DNA of 64,000 nt from an uncultured Candidatus Binatia bacterium (GTDB lineage: Bacteria > Desulfobacterota > Binatia > HRBIN30): positions 6,744 to 70,743 of the forward strand of contig CAZHQG010000010.1 in assembly GCA_964534275.1 (NCBI GenBank), given 5' to 3'. How positions within the stretch are numbered: position 1 is the stretch's first letter; each line of letters opens with the position of its first letter. Positions 1 to 9,600 of the stretch are shown one piece after another. Made by a program: the position numbers and the translations under genes. Under the pieces are notes generated by a model that did not search any database, had not been told where the DNA came from, and worked only from the letters and a program-made list of their open reading frames with translations.

Positions 1-366
1 TACCCCTGCCCCGCAGCTGCCCCCACACCGCCCGGTCCCACGCTCCGACAAGCACGAGCCAGCCGAAGCCCACCAGTAGCGACGGTAGCCACAACACCCA
101 GCTTCGTAGTGCGTGCGCCACCACCCTGCGGAACCTACGTAACCCTTGCCGCAAATCCTTCCGAACTTCGCGGAGGCGCTCGGGCGAATCCTCTTCCACC
201 GCGTATGCCTGCACCGCCTCTAAACTGGCGAGCGCAACACACTGCGCGCTTGACGAGTCCGTGGCAGCCCCTGCCCATCCTACGGCCAGAAACAGGATGG
301 CCCAAAAGAACGCTAGCGAGTGCGTCCGGCCGCGGCACTCAGCCGTTCTCACTTAAGCACACCTCG

Positions 367-759
367 CTAGCGCTGGGGTCTTCCGTGCTCCAACAGCCGC
401 TCGAGCTTCTGCCGAACTACCTCCGCATCCGTAATCGGCTTGGCAATGTAATCGTCGCACCCTGCAGCCAGTGCGCGTTGCTCGTCCCCTGCCATGGCCT
501 GCGCGGTCAACGCGATAATCGGAATACTCCGCCCTACTTCCGTTTGGCGAAGACGCCTCGTCGCTTCCCAGCCATCGAGGACCGGCATTTTGAGGTCCAT
601 GAAAATCAAGTCGGGAGGTTTTTCCGCCACCAAGCGCAACGCCTCTTCCCCGTTGTTCGCCTCGATAATCTCGTAATCGCCGAAGCGCTTCAGCCGATAA
701 ACCAAGATGCGCCGGTTGTCGACATTGTCCTCGGCAACCAGAATTCTCTTCCTGCTCAT
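367..759 (-). CDS. Stand-alone response regulator, single CheY-like receiver domain (about 131 aa). True start is MSRKRILVAEDN inside the longer ORF 367..1005.
   Basis: Translation MSRKRILVAEDNVDNRRILV...DLIFMDLKMPVLDGWEA...IIALTAQAMAGDEQRALAAGCDDYIAKPI carries the canonical receiver acidic pocket, phospho-Asp and Lys. The in-frame ATG at 757-759 is preceded by a purine-rich stretch. It lies downstream of, and on the same strand as, the paralog array. Confidence 0.8.
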   Translation of the reverse strand: MSRKRILVAEDNVDNRRILVYRLKRFGDYEIIEANNGEEALRLVAEKPPDLIFMDLKMPVLDGWEATRRLRQTEVGRSIPIIALTAQAMAGDEQRALAAGCDDYIAKPITDAEVVRQKLERLLEHGRPQR

Positions 760-862
760 GGGCCCAAGCTTACTAAGATTCCGTGCCGCATGCCAACCAA
801 AAAAAGGCCGCTGCCCTCGAACAGGCAGCGGCCCCTTGCAACCCAGCGTCAGCGAAGGCGCC

Positions 863-2083
863 TCAGTAAGCGACCGTATCCGCCTGAGCCTTGTCACCGC
901 GCAAATGGATGTTGAACGCGGCGGAACGAACAGCGTTGTTGTTCGGGTTCCGATGAAATTCCTCCACGATCGCGAGGATTCCGCTTCCGGGGTTCCCGTC
1001 TCCACTCAGCACCGGCCGGATCACCGTCTGTCCGGCTAGTGTTCCCTGCACACCAACATTGAACACCGAGAACGCCTCTTGTCCCGGCCGGCGGTCCAGC
1101 TGCGACAACTGAACCTCTCGGAAACACCGGAACCGTGTGCTCGCGGACATCCTTTGCTCGAACTCGTTAAACACTACGAATTGAAGCGTGTGCACGGCGG
1201 GGTTGTCGTCCACCTCTAACCGCTCGCTGCATGGAACCAACGTAATTTCGCTCGTCACCTCTCGCGCCGCGCTCAGGAGCGCATTGTCGAAGAAGTGATC
1301 CACGATGACCTGGGCGGAACATCCCGCATACTCACGATTTCCTCCCCCGAGTACCAGCGTTGTGTCATTTTGCGTGCTGCCGTCACTCAACACAGCCTGC
1401 ACACCCACGGCATTGTACGTTTGCACGTCCACTATTGCATTGTTCACACGGTAGATTGACGCATTCCCAACAAGGTCGTTGCGATTCACCGGAATGTTTG
1501 GATCGTTCCCGCTACCTACAACCTGCACACACTTCAGCTCTCCTTGGAAAATTCCCGGTGACAAAGGCGGTACGCGCCCAATGTCCTGATCTTGGCACAG
1601 CCCACCACCCGCACAGTCGTTATTGGCGCTGCAGGGAAACCCGGGCGAGGTTCCGCCCACGCAAAATCCGGTAGTCACCACACCCTCGCTCGCCCGCCAT
1701 CCAACCGGCTGATTCGCGGTCAGATTCAAATCGAAGTTGATCGCCTGGCAACTACTGAGCGTACAAATGCCACCGCCAGCGCAATCATCATTTGTCCGGC
1801 AAGCTCCGTCTCCGTCCAAGCCTCGCCCAATCGTACACCGCGGCGTCCCATCTACGTAGAAGCAATGAACAGAGGTGGCGTCGCGGCTGGTGTTTGTAAT
1901 CCGGATTACGGTGTCCATCGGTACCCCGTTGAGAGCGCCGCTCGGATCTACCACGACCTTTGGAAACACCAGGTAGCCGGCCGCCTCTTCCGTCGATACC
2001 TTCTGCCCAACAGCCGTGCTAGCCAGTAGCCCGCACGCAAGCAACGCAACCGGTAATCGAATGGCCATTCTCGCGTTCTTCAT
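863..2083 (-). CDS. Secreted protein, paralog A of an uncharacterised tandem family. Has a signal peptide and two CxxxDDCAGGG cysteine-rich inserts.
   Basis: ORF 863..2113, with start refined to MKNARMAIRLPVALLACGLLASTAVG (signal peptide, GAGGGTG RBS upstream). Shares motifs FPKVV, HCFY, NF(D/E)LxLTxxQP, PP(V/L)xPGxFxGxLxC, YNA, LVPCS, NEFEQ and AAFN with three neighbouring ORFs. Confidence 0.7.
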   Translation of the reverse strand: MKNARMAIRLPVALLACGLLASTAVGQKVSTEEAAGYLVFPKVVVDPSGALNGVPMDTVIRITNTSRDATSVHCFYVDGTPRCTIGRGLDGDGACRTNDDCAGGGICTLSSCQAINFDLNLTANQPVGWRASEGVVTTGFCVGGTSPGFPCSANNDCAGGGLCQDQDIGRVPPLSPGIFQGELKCVQVVGSGNDPNIPVNRNDLVGNASIYRVNNAIVDVQTYNAVGVQAVLSDGSTQNDTTLVLGGGNREYAGCSAQVIVDHFFDNALLSAAREVTSEITLVPCSERLEVDDNPAVHTLQFVVFNEFEQRMSASTRFRCFREVQLSQLDRRPGQEAFSVFNVGVQGTLAGQTVIRPVLSGDGNPGSGILAIVEEFHRNPNNNAVRSAAFNIHLRGDKAQADTVAY

Positions 2084-2125
2084 ATCACCCTCGCTTCGTT
2101 TGCACCGCCACATGGCACTCCCTCC

Positions 2126-3160
2126 CTAAGGCAAGCGAATCGTGGCGGACGTAGCCCCGCCAGTATGGAGGTTACTCGCTGCGCTGCCTGTCACTCCGGC
2201 TTGGTCAATGTGGAAGGACTCCGCCACGCCCACCAACCCGGTCGGTAGCCTTAGTTGCGCCTGAGCAAAGATGGTCGCGATCGCTCCACCCGTCAGCAAC
2301 GTCGACCGAAACTGCCCGGTTGTTTGCGGCGTATTCCCGAGGTCGATTGTCGTCCAGCACTGATGGGGAAATGATCCACTAAAGGGGGATTCAAATTCGT
2401 CGTACACGATGTACGACACCGTTCCGTTGCTCCGCACTCCAGCGGCAAGGTCCAGATTGCACGACAACAGCGTCAGGTTCGTCGCGATGAACGAATTCAG
2501 ATTCGCGTTGCCCAGGTCTTCGATGACCGGGTCCAGCGAGCCACGCGGACTGAAATTTAGGGTCAGCGAGCCTGGGCAGGTCTCGTATTCGCTGCCATCT
2601 AATGCCAGCGGGTTGCTGAGGCTCTGCGACACTGCAGCCACGGCGAACGCATTGTATTTGCTCACGTCGCCGGTGTTGTCATCCATGATGGTCACTTCCC
2701 CCTTGAGCCGGTTTTGACCCCGGGGATCGCCATTGGCGTCAACTTCTACACACACAAGCGCCCCTTGGAATCCGGGTGGAACAGGCGGAATCAACCCAGG
2801 GTCGAAGCCCGCGCCGGCGCTACCAAACGAATCTGTCGGGTCCACCCGGCGGCCTTGCGACACCCTCCATTGCGTAGGCTGCTGCCGAGTGAGCACAAGC
2901 TCGAAATCCACCGCGCCACAGTACCCACTGCCGTCTGGGGCCGACAGGTAAAAGCAGTGAACCCAGTTGATGGAGTTCCCGGTATTCGTGATTTGCACGA
3001 TCGTGTCGCGCTGGCCCGTGCGGACGACCTTCGGGAACATCAAGATCGAGCCCGGCCGATCCGTTCCAGATCTCGTCTGCTGCGCCTGGGAGCCGGCAGC
3101 GCCCGCGAAGACGCACAGCATTCCGATCCCCAAAAGCCAGCTCCTGTACAGTGCCCTCAT
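2126..3160 (-). CDS. Secreted protein, paralog B of the same uncharacterised family. It is the shortest member and lacks the Cys-rich inserts.
   Basis: ORF 2126..3190, with start refined to MRALYRSWLLGIGMLCVFAGAAGSQA (AAGGAGG RBS immediately upstream). Contains FPKVV, HCFY, DFELVLTRQQPTQW, IPPVPPGFQGALVCVEV, YNAF and YDEFES motifs. Confidence 0.7.
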   Translation of the reverse strand: MRALYRSWLLGIGMLCVFAGAAGSQAQQTRSGTDRPGSILMFPKVVRTGQRDTIVQITNTGNSINWVHCFYLSAPDGSGYCGAVDFELVLTRQQPTQWRVSQGRRVDPTDSFGSAGAGFDPGLIPPVPPGFQGALVCVEVDANGDPRGQNRLKGEVTIMDDNTGDVSKYNAFAVAAVSQSLSNPLALDGSEYETCPGSLTLNFSPRGSLDPVIEDLGNANLNSFIATNLTLLSCNLDLAAGVRSNGTVSYIVYDEFESPFSGSFPHQCWTTIDLGNTPQTTGQFRSTLLTGGAIATIFAQAQLRLPTGLVGVAESFHIDQAGVTGSAASNLHTGGATSATIRLP

Positions 3161-3235
3161 GGCTATCCTCCTTGCGGTCCGTCCCCGCATTGTTGACTCC
3201 TTTTTAAGTTCGCCTGGCTACTCATCGGCGCTGGC

Positions 3236-4444
3236 CTACGGCAAGATCATCAAGTCGCTCCGGCCATTCCCCTGCTGATGCAGGTCGTACGCCGCACTGC
3301 TCAGCGTCCCAGTGGGGAAATTCGCCTGCGCTACCCCGAGAAGCCCCGATCCGAGAGGCGAAACGCCACCCACCCCGCGGATTCGGGTTTGCCCCCCAAG
3401 CGTACCAGCGACGCCAGCACTGAAAATCGAGCGCGCAGGGTTGCGCGTGTCGATGCGCGATAGCTGCGTGGCGTGGAAGAGGCAATCCACAGTGCGGCTC
3501 GTCGAGAAGCGCTGCTCGAACTCGTTGAACACCAGAAACTGCGCTACCGAGCGGCCAGGTGTTTGGGTCGAGAAGTCGTTCGAGCACGGAACCAAGGTCA
3601 AGTCCGATATGTACTGAATCGCAACATTGTTCGTGATGGGATCTACTGCGCCGTCGAACATGTGGCTGAGAATCAGCACCCCGGGGCAGGATGCATAGTT
3701 GCCGCCGTCGGCTAGAACGAGCTGGCCGTTGGAAACGGGATTGCCGGTCGCCTCGAGGCCAACTGCATTATAACGAGCTGGATTTAGACCGGTTAGAATG
3801 GTGGCGTCGCCGTAAAGCTTGTCTCGGGTAGCCGTCTGGTCGGGGACACTCTGGCTGCCTCCGGTAAACTGGATGCACACCAACGCACCAATGAACGGAT
3901 CTTCTGGAACCGGGGGAATCGCGCTGCCCAGGTTGCTTTGACCGGTGTTGCAGCCGACGTTGTTTGGGCATTGCGCATCAGAGAAGCACTGGAGGTTGAC
4001 AAACGGGGCATTGCACCGAAACGGGCCTTCGAGCGGAAACTGCCCGCGCGCAAGCCCGTCGCTCGCATACCATGCCAGCGGCTGCTCTTGCGTGAGTACA
4101 ACATCGAAGTCGGTTTCGTTCCAGCTCGGCACGCACTCCCCGCGGCCGCCACAGTCCGTCGCATCGCGGCAACCAGCTCCATCGTTCGAACAGTGGCCGG
4201 TAGCGTTGATGTAAAAACAGTGCGCCTGTTTAATACCGCTCGCGTTTGTGCTGCTCAGCATCAGGCGCGTATCCGTCGGCGCTACCAACCAACGAGCGCT
4301 TGTGTCTACCACTATTTTGGGCCAAACCACGATGGACGCCGGTCGGTTCGTCGTGCTTCGGGCATTTGCAATACCAGCCATGGCCACCAATGCCACGCCC
4401 GCGCCTACTCCCATGCGGGCAGCCGCTTGCCACATCTTCTTCAT
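3236..4444 (-). CDS. Secreted protein, paralog C of the same uncharacterised family.
   Basis: ORF 3236..4606, with start refined to MKKMWQAAARMGVGAGVALVAMAGIANA (signal peptide, AAGGAG RBS). Motifs WPKIVV, HCFYINATGHC, CRDATDCGGRGEC, DFDVVLTQEQPLAW, LVPCS and FNEFEQ. Confidence 0.7.
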   Translation of the reverse strand: MKKMWQAAARMGVGAGVALVAMAGIANARSTTNRPASIVVWPKIVVDTSARWLVAPTDTRLMLSSTNASGIKQAHCFYINATGHCSNDGAGCRDATDCGGRGECVPSWNETDFDVVLTQEQPLAWYASDGLARGQFPLEGPFRCNAPFVNLQCFSDAQCPNNVGCNTGQSNLGSAIPPVPEDPFIGALVCIQFTGGSQSVPDQTATRDKLYGDATILTGLNPARYNAVGLEATGNPVSNGQLVLADGGNYASCPGVLILSHMFDGAVDPITNNVAIQYISDLTLVPCSNDFSTQTPGRSVAQFLVFNEFEQRFSTSRTVDCLFHATQLSRIDTRNPARSIFSAGVAGTLGGQTRIRGVGGVSPLGSGLLGVAQANFPTGTLSSAAYDLHQQGNGRSDLMILP

Positions 4445-4523
4445 CGCCGTACTCCTTTCGCTGCTCAACCGAGCTCGCTGCGATCTCGTCCGAATCGTCA
4501 CCATTTGCGCACCTCCGCCGCTT

Positions 4524-5795
4524 TTATGGCAACGTGATAATGTCGCCGAATCCCGAACGGCTACCCTCGTGGCGCAAGTTAAAGGCAGCGGTGCCAACCG
4601 AACCACCCAAGCTGTAGAATTCTTCCGCCACGCCCAAAACGCCCGAGGCAGGCAGGCAGCCTAGCACAGTGCCCCCAGGGCCGGTCTGCACGTTGGTGCC
4701 GCAGTCACTATGCTGGGTGCAGGAACTGCCCCTGTTCGAACCGGAATAACAAACGTTGATGGGACGAGGCGAAATGCGGATCTTCCAGAGGTCCTGGTTG
4801 CCGTTCACGAAGACCCCGCCGCCCGAAACCGGGAGGTCGGCGAGTCGGCGATTGAGGAAACAATCGAACGAGAAGGCCTCGATACTGAGCGGCTGCTCGA
4901 ACTCGTTGTATCCCACGAAACGAACACGCACAGGTGCGGGAAGGTCCTCTTCGATCAGTTCACTACAGGGAACCAACGTGAGCTCCGTGCTAATGGTGGC
5001 ACCCGTAAACGCGTCTGTGACACCCTCTGCGTTTGCCGTAAATACCAAGCTTGCTGGACAATAATTCAACTCTCCGGCACCCGTGCCGGTCCAGTTGAGC
5101 CGCAGCTCTTTATCCGTATTGAGGCCACCGCCTCCTACATCCGCATTCGCGGCTACGGTCAGGGCATTGTACTCGCTAATCTGCGCCGAACTAAGGTCCT
5201 CGATTGTCGCAGTGCCCTTCAGAGCATTCCCCGGAAACGGATCACCATCAGAGTTCATTTGGTAGCACTTGAGCTCGCCTACGAACTGGCTCCCCACCGG
5301 CGGAACGAAGGACGCCTGGTTCTGCCCAATCAACAGTCCAGGACACACGAGCTGTCCGGACGTGTCCACGGTACATTGGCAGTTCTGACCCGGGCGGCAT
5401 GGAGCCGAGGGAATGGTTGTGAGCCTCCCAGTGGACACCCGCCATTGCACAGGCTGCTGCGCGGTCAGAGCGAGTTCAAAATTCGTTGCATTGCACACGC
5501 GAATGCACTGCTCGTTCGTAGGACAGTCCGCATCGATCTCACAGCTCTCGTCTGTTGTCAGGCTGCAAGTCCCTGAGGCGTTGATGTAAAAACAGTGCAC
5601 CTGAACGAAAGAGTTTGTCCGGTTGCTCAGTTGGATAAGGGTATCGCGCACCCCATCGGACACTACCTTCGGAAAGATGATCAACGTGCCGGACTCATCC
5701 GACGTCACGTCTCCCCGTGCACCTGGCGCCGTCACCAGCCCCGCCAGCAGCACGCCTAGGCCCATCAGCCAAGGACTCCGCTTCACCAATCGCAT
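4524..5795 (-). CDS. Secreted protein, paralog D of the same uncharacterised family.
   Basis: ORF 4524..5948, with start refined to MRLVKRSPWLMGLGVLLAGLVTAPGARG (GGAGGCG RBS). Motifs FPKVV, HCFYINASGTC, CEIDADCPTNEQC, NFELALTAQQPVQW, LVPCSE and YNEFEQ. The C-terminus ends ...ITLP, like paralogs B and C. Confidence 0.7.
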   Translation of the reverse strand: MRLVKRSPWLMGLGVLLAGLVTAPGARGDVTSDESGTLIIFPKVVSDGVRDTLIQLSNRTNSFVQVHCFYINASGTCSLTTDESCEIDADCPTNEQCIRVCNATNFELALTAQQPVQWRVSTGRLTTIPSAPCRPGQNCQCTVDTSGQLVCPGLLIGQNQASFVPPVGSQFVGELKCYQMNSDGDPFPGNALKGTATIEDLSSAQISEYNALTVAANADVGGGGLNTDKELRLNWTGTGAGELNYCPASLVFTANAEGVTDAFTGATISTELTLVPCSELIEEDLPAPVRVRFVGYNEFEQPLSIEAFSFDCFLNRRLADLPVSGGGVFVNGNQDLWKIRISPRPINVCYSGSNRGSSCTQHSDCGTNVQTGPGGTVLGCLPASGVLGVAEEFYSLGGSVGTAAFNLRHEGSRSGFGDIITLP

Positions 5796-5944
5796 CGTAC
5801 GCCTCCTTTCGGTCATTCCAGCGTATGGCAAACGCCAGGATCTTTTCACCGACCCCAGCACAAACGCACGCGATGTATGCCCCAAAGGAGCACAAGAGTC
5901 AAGCCGAAATTGAAAATTTGTTCCTTGATGGCGTGGTGCGACGC

Positions 5945-8419
5945 TCACGGCGAGCGTCGCACCACGATTTCCGTCACAGGCCCTGGTCGCCCGCTCGTAT
6001 CGAGTACGCGTGCAGTCAACACCGTGTCTCCCACCGCGAACTCCAAGTTTCTACTGACCACAGCGCAGAATTGCCTTCCGCTACTCGGCAGGTTCGGCGT
6101 GATCGTAGCCTCGAGGCCGTCTGGCCCAAGAGTACAGGGTTCGCTCGGGAGTTTCGGGTCGAACCGGCAAGCAAAATCCACCAGCGCATCGATTTTGTCC
6201 GGCGCAAAATCCGCAACGCTCACGCCCGGCACCCCGCCTCCACCTTGAGCTACTGGCTGCGTGTCGCAAATCGTAGTGGAACCGTTCCCTAAGTCTCGGT
6301 TGCTCAGGATTTGCAAGCTCGGGTAGATCCCCAAGCCCGGGGTCGGGGGAGGCACGCTGGTGCCAACCGTTCCTCCCCCACTTCCAGGCCGGGCTTCCAA
6401 AACGAGATAGAAACCGGAGGAACTCCCGATGCGAAAAACTCGCCGGCCGGATCCGTCGAACTCTGGAGTTGGCGTCGGCGTGCTGCCGCAGAGGCAGCTC
6501 GGCTCGTTGCACCAGTAGCAGCCGTTCGCGCGGACCACTCCGAAGAAGGTGACGATCGGGCCGGCAGCAGCACTGGTGGCCGTCGGTGTGGCGGTGATTG
6601 TCGGCGTGGCAGTGATCGTGCGCGTGAGGGTGATGGTCGGGGTGGCGGTCGGGAGCGGCGTATTCGTCGGTGTGCGCGTGGCCGTACCTGTCGGAGTACT
6701 CGTCGGGGTGGCAGTGAACGAGCGCGTTGGTGTCGGAGTACGAGTCGAAGTCGGCGACCAAGTGTTGGTGGGTGTCAGCGTCAGAGTCGGCGTGCGTGTG
6801 GCTGTAGCCGTGCTCGTCTCGGTTCGCGTAGGAGTAGCCGTGCGCGAAGGAGTCGGCGACCACGTGCTCGTCGGCGTCCACGTAACCGTCGGCGTGCGTG
6901 TGGCTGTGGCTGTGCTCGTCTCAGTTTGAGTAGGAGTAGCCGTGCGCGAAGAAGTCGGCGACCACGTGCTCGTCGCCGTCCACGTGCCAGTGGGAGTTCC
7001 GGTTGCCGTGGCGCTACTCGTCGCGGTTCGTGTAGGCGTCGCTGTAGGCGACGCGGTGGGGGACCAGCTTGGCGTGGCCGAGGCCGTTGGAGTTCCCGTG
7101 AATGTAACCGTCGCGGGTGGGCTGGCAGTTCGGGTTGCCGATGGAGACGCCGTGCCCGACGAGGTGGTCGTGGAAGTCGGCGAAGCGCTCGCCGATGGTG
7201 TGTTCGTCGCGCTCGGTAAGGGAGTTCCCGAGGGCGAAAGGGTCGGAGACGGCGTAGCCGAAGAAGATCGCGTCGGAGTCGCGGTGTTGGACCCTGTGAG
7301 CGTTGGCTCCGGCGACGGCGTCATCGAGGGATTGGGGGTATCTGACGGTGTGCTGGTCGCCGAAGCCGTGCTCGACGGGCTGGGCGGGTTCGCCGTAGCC
7401 GTGGGAGAAGGTGTAGGCGTCTCGCTCCTCGTGGCACTTGGCGTTGCCGAGGGCGTTCGCGTGCGCGTGGGCGGGATCGTCCAAGTCGGAGTCGGTGTCG
7501 CTGTGTTAGACACCGTTGCCGTTGGCGTGCGTGTGGTCGTTGCCGAGCGCGACGGCGTGACGCTGGCCGTTCCTGTAACCGTTGCAGTCGCCGACAACGT
7601 TGGTAGGGGCGACTGCGTGGACGTGGCGGTGCCCGTGGGGCTCGCTGTCGCCAAGGGCTCTACTGGAGAGGGGCTCATCGAAGGCGTAGGACTCCCCGTC
7701 GGCGTAGGTTCTGCCGGTGTATCGGTAGGTTGTGGGGGCGGGGTCACCGAGGGCAACGGGGATTCGGTCGGAGACGCCAAGCCGGTTGCTGTCGGAGTTG
7801 GACTGAGCGACGGCACCGTAGTAAACATGGGTGTCGGTGTCCGGGAAGACGTCGCGGCCGGCGTCACGCTGACGGTCGGCGACGCTGAGTGGGTCGGACT
7901 GGGAGTTGGCGTCGACGAAGGTAATTCGTTGGCCGATCGCGTGGGCGATGGTGTGGATGTGGGCGATGCGGTTGGCGTTCCAGTGGCCGACCGAGTGCCT
8001 GTCGGAGTCGAACTGCGCGTTCGTGTCGGAAGCGCGGTGACCGTACCTGTTCCGGTTGGCGTTGCAGTTGCAACGGCACTCGCTGTTCGCGTGGGAGTTG
8101 GGGTAGAGGTGTCGGTTGGAAGGGACGTTGCGGTTGCGGACGCCGATGGACTCGGCGTACCGGTCGAGACCGGTGACGGGGTTTCAGAAGGAGGAGGCAA
8201 CACCAACAACCCAGCAAACCCAATGATGTCCGCAGCCGTCGCCCGCCCGTCGCCGTTCACGTCCGCCTGCGGACAATACGGATCCTCGAAGAGCGAGGCA
8301 GCAATCGCCGCGACTTCGGCGTCGGGTATGCTATCGCAGTTCACGTCGATGCTGACCGCGCTGGCAGTACTGGCCACCAGCCACAGCGTCAGCAGTCGCC
8401 CAACCCAACTTCTTACCAT
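5945..8419 (-). CDS. Large secreted protein (824 aa). It has a signal peptide, a dockerin-like double Ca-binding module, a roughly 500-aa Thr/Pro/Ser low-complexity linker, and a roughly 200-aa Cys-containing C-terminal domain.
   Basis: N-terminus [21 protein letters not shown] is a signal peptide. It is followed by [20 protein letters not shown] and [20 protein letters not shown], which are dockerin/EF-hand-like duplicated loops. The long TPTxTPS repeat region explains the junk ORFs in the other frames. It is the first gene of the minus-strand operon and its stop overlaps the frame of paralog D. Confidence 0.7.
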   Translation of the reverse strand: MVRSWVGRLLTLWLVASTASAVSIDVNCDSIPDAEVAAIAASLFEDPYCPQADVNGDGRATAADIIGFAGLLVLPPPSETPSPVSTGTPSPSASATATSLPTDTSTPTPTRTASAVATATPTGTGTVTALPTRTRSSTPTGTRSATGTPTASPTSTPSPTRSANELPSSTPTPSPTHSASPTVSVTPAATSSRTPTPMFTTVPSLSPTPTATGLASPTESPLPSVTPPPQPTDTPAEPTPTGSPTPSMSPSPVEPLATASPTGTATSTQSPLPTLSATATVTGTASVTPSRSATTTRTPTATVSNTATPTPTWTIPPTRTRTPSATPSATRSETPTPSPTATANPPSPSSTASATSTPSDTPNPSMTPSPEPTLTGSNTATPTRSSSATPSPTLSPSGTPLPSATNTPSASASPTSTTTSSGTASPSATRTASPPATVTFTGTPTASATPSWSPTASPTATPTRTATSSATATGTPTGTWTATSTWSPTSSRTATPTQTETSTATATRTPTVTWTPTSTWSPTPSRTATPTRTETSTATATRTPTLTLTPTNTWSPTSTRTPTPTRSFTATPTSTPTGTATRTPTNTPLPTATPTITLTRTITATPTITATPTATSAAAGPIVTFFGVVRANGCYWCNEPSCLCGSTPTPTPEFDGSGRRVFRIGSSSGFYLVLEARPGSGGGTVGTSVPPPTPGLGIYPSLQILSNRDLGNGSTTICDTQPVAQGGGGVPGVSVADFAPDKIDALVDFACRFDPKLPSEPCTLGPDGLEATITPNLPSSGRQFCAVVSRNLEFAVGDTVLTARVLDTSGRPGPVTEIVVRRSP

Positions 8420-8596
8420 CTTATCCCTTGTGCCCCGCGCAGTGTCCTTTCCCGTGAACCTCCGTTGATGCCTACATGCTCCAGCATTTGCAAGAAACCT
8501 CTTTTGGCGTCCGGCGGGAAACAGTCGGGGATGGTTCGCTTACGAATGCGTGGCGCTGTTGACTCGAACTGTCGCGTAGGTTCTGATGCGCGAGTG

Positions 8597-9553
8597 ATGC
8601 GGTCGGTGCAAACAGTTCTTGGTCCGGTGCCGGTGGACCAACTCGGTCTCACGTTGATGCACGAACACCTACTGATTGGCTGGCCTGGGTGGCAGTACGA
8701 CGTTGCAGCGCCACGGAAGTCCCAAAGCGAGATCGCGAAGATTTGCACCGACCGCATGCTGGAACTCAAAGCGTACGGCGTGCAAACGCTCGTGGATCCT
8801 TGCCCGATGGACCTCGGGCGCGACGTAGAGCTGATGGCGCGCGTATCCCAGGATACCGGCGTGCATATCATTTGCGCTACCGGGCTGTACAAGGAGGACC
8901 AAGGCACGCCGCCGTATTTCAAGTTCCGCGCCCAGTTTGCCGACGCCACCCATGAAATCCGCGACGCATTCGTGCGGGAGCTGACCGAAGGTGTTGGCGA
9001 CACGGGCATCAAGCCCGGCCTCATCAAGGCTGCAACTGGTGCGCATCAAGTGACCCCTTACGAGGAGATGGTCTTGCGAGCGGCAGCACAAGCTTCGTGC
9101 GCCACTGGAGTGCCGATCTTGACCCACACCGACGAAGGGACCATGGGCCGCGAGCAGCTCGACATTTTCGCTGCCGAAGGAGTGGAACTTCGCCATGTGG
9201 TCATCGGCCATAGTTGCGGAAGTTCGGACCTCAGGTATCACACCGACCTGCTCGACCGCGGGTGTTTTCTCGGCTTCGATCGCTTCGGTCTCGAGCTGTT
9301 ACAGCCAGACCGCTTGCGCCTCGCTGCTCTCATCGGCTTGATCGGCGTTGGGTTCGCAAAACAGTTGATGCTTTCGCACGACAGCGTTTGGTGTTGGCTT
9401 GGCCGCCCTCTTCCCGTACCGGAAACCGTGCTCCCGCATTGGCGACCAACGTATATTTTCACCGACATCTTGCCGCGGCTTCGCGAAGCAGGCGTGAGCG
9501 ACGCAAAGATCGAAACCATGCTCGTGGCAAATCCGCGGCGGTTTTTTAGCTGA
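8597..9553 (+). CDS. Phosphotriesterase-family (PTE/PHP-like) metal-dependent hydrolase.
   Basis: N-terminus MRSVQTVLGPVPVDQLGLTLMHEHLL matches the PTE-family consensus (G.I....LG.TL.HEH), with further His/Asp ligands downstream. The ORF opens at 8465, and the internal start at 8597 is preferred. Confidence 0.65.
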   Translation: MRSVQTVLGPVPVDQLGLTLMHEHLLIGWPGWQYDVAAPRKSQSEIAKICTDRMLELKAYGVQTLVDPCPMDLGRDVELMARVSQDTGVHIICATGLYKEDQGTPPYFKFRAQFADATHEIRDAFVRELTEGVGDTGIKPGLIKAATGAHQVTPYEEMVLRAAAQASCATGVPILTHTDEGTMGREQLDIFAAEGVELRHVVIGHSCGSSDLRYHTDLLDRGCFLGFDRFGLELLQPDRLRLAALIGLIGVGFAKQLMLSHDSVWCWLGRPLPVPETVLPHWRPTYIFTDILPRLREAGVSDAKIETMLVANPRRFFS

Positions 9554-9600
9554 GCACTCTGTGTTGCCCACGCGGTAAGGGGCGCGGCTCACGGGCTTCG

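Noticed and set aside
109-915. 268-aa plus-strand ORF
   Set aside because: It is entirely antisense to the well-supported receiver gene and to the end of paralog A. The protein is Pro/Arg-rich and low complexity, and the open frame is explained by GC bias.
6081-8468. Long ORFs 6081..6881 (-), 6311..7219 (+), 6549..6929 (+), 6942..8468 (+) and 7014..7484 (-), with His/Asp-, Arg- and Val/Gly-rich translations
   Set aside because: These are alternate-frame and antisense readings of the Thr/Pro codon repeat (ACN CCN) of the 824-aa protein. They are periodic low-complexity products with no start context.
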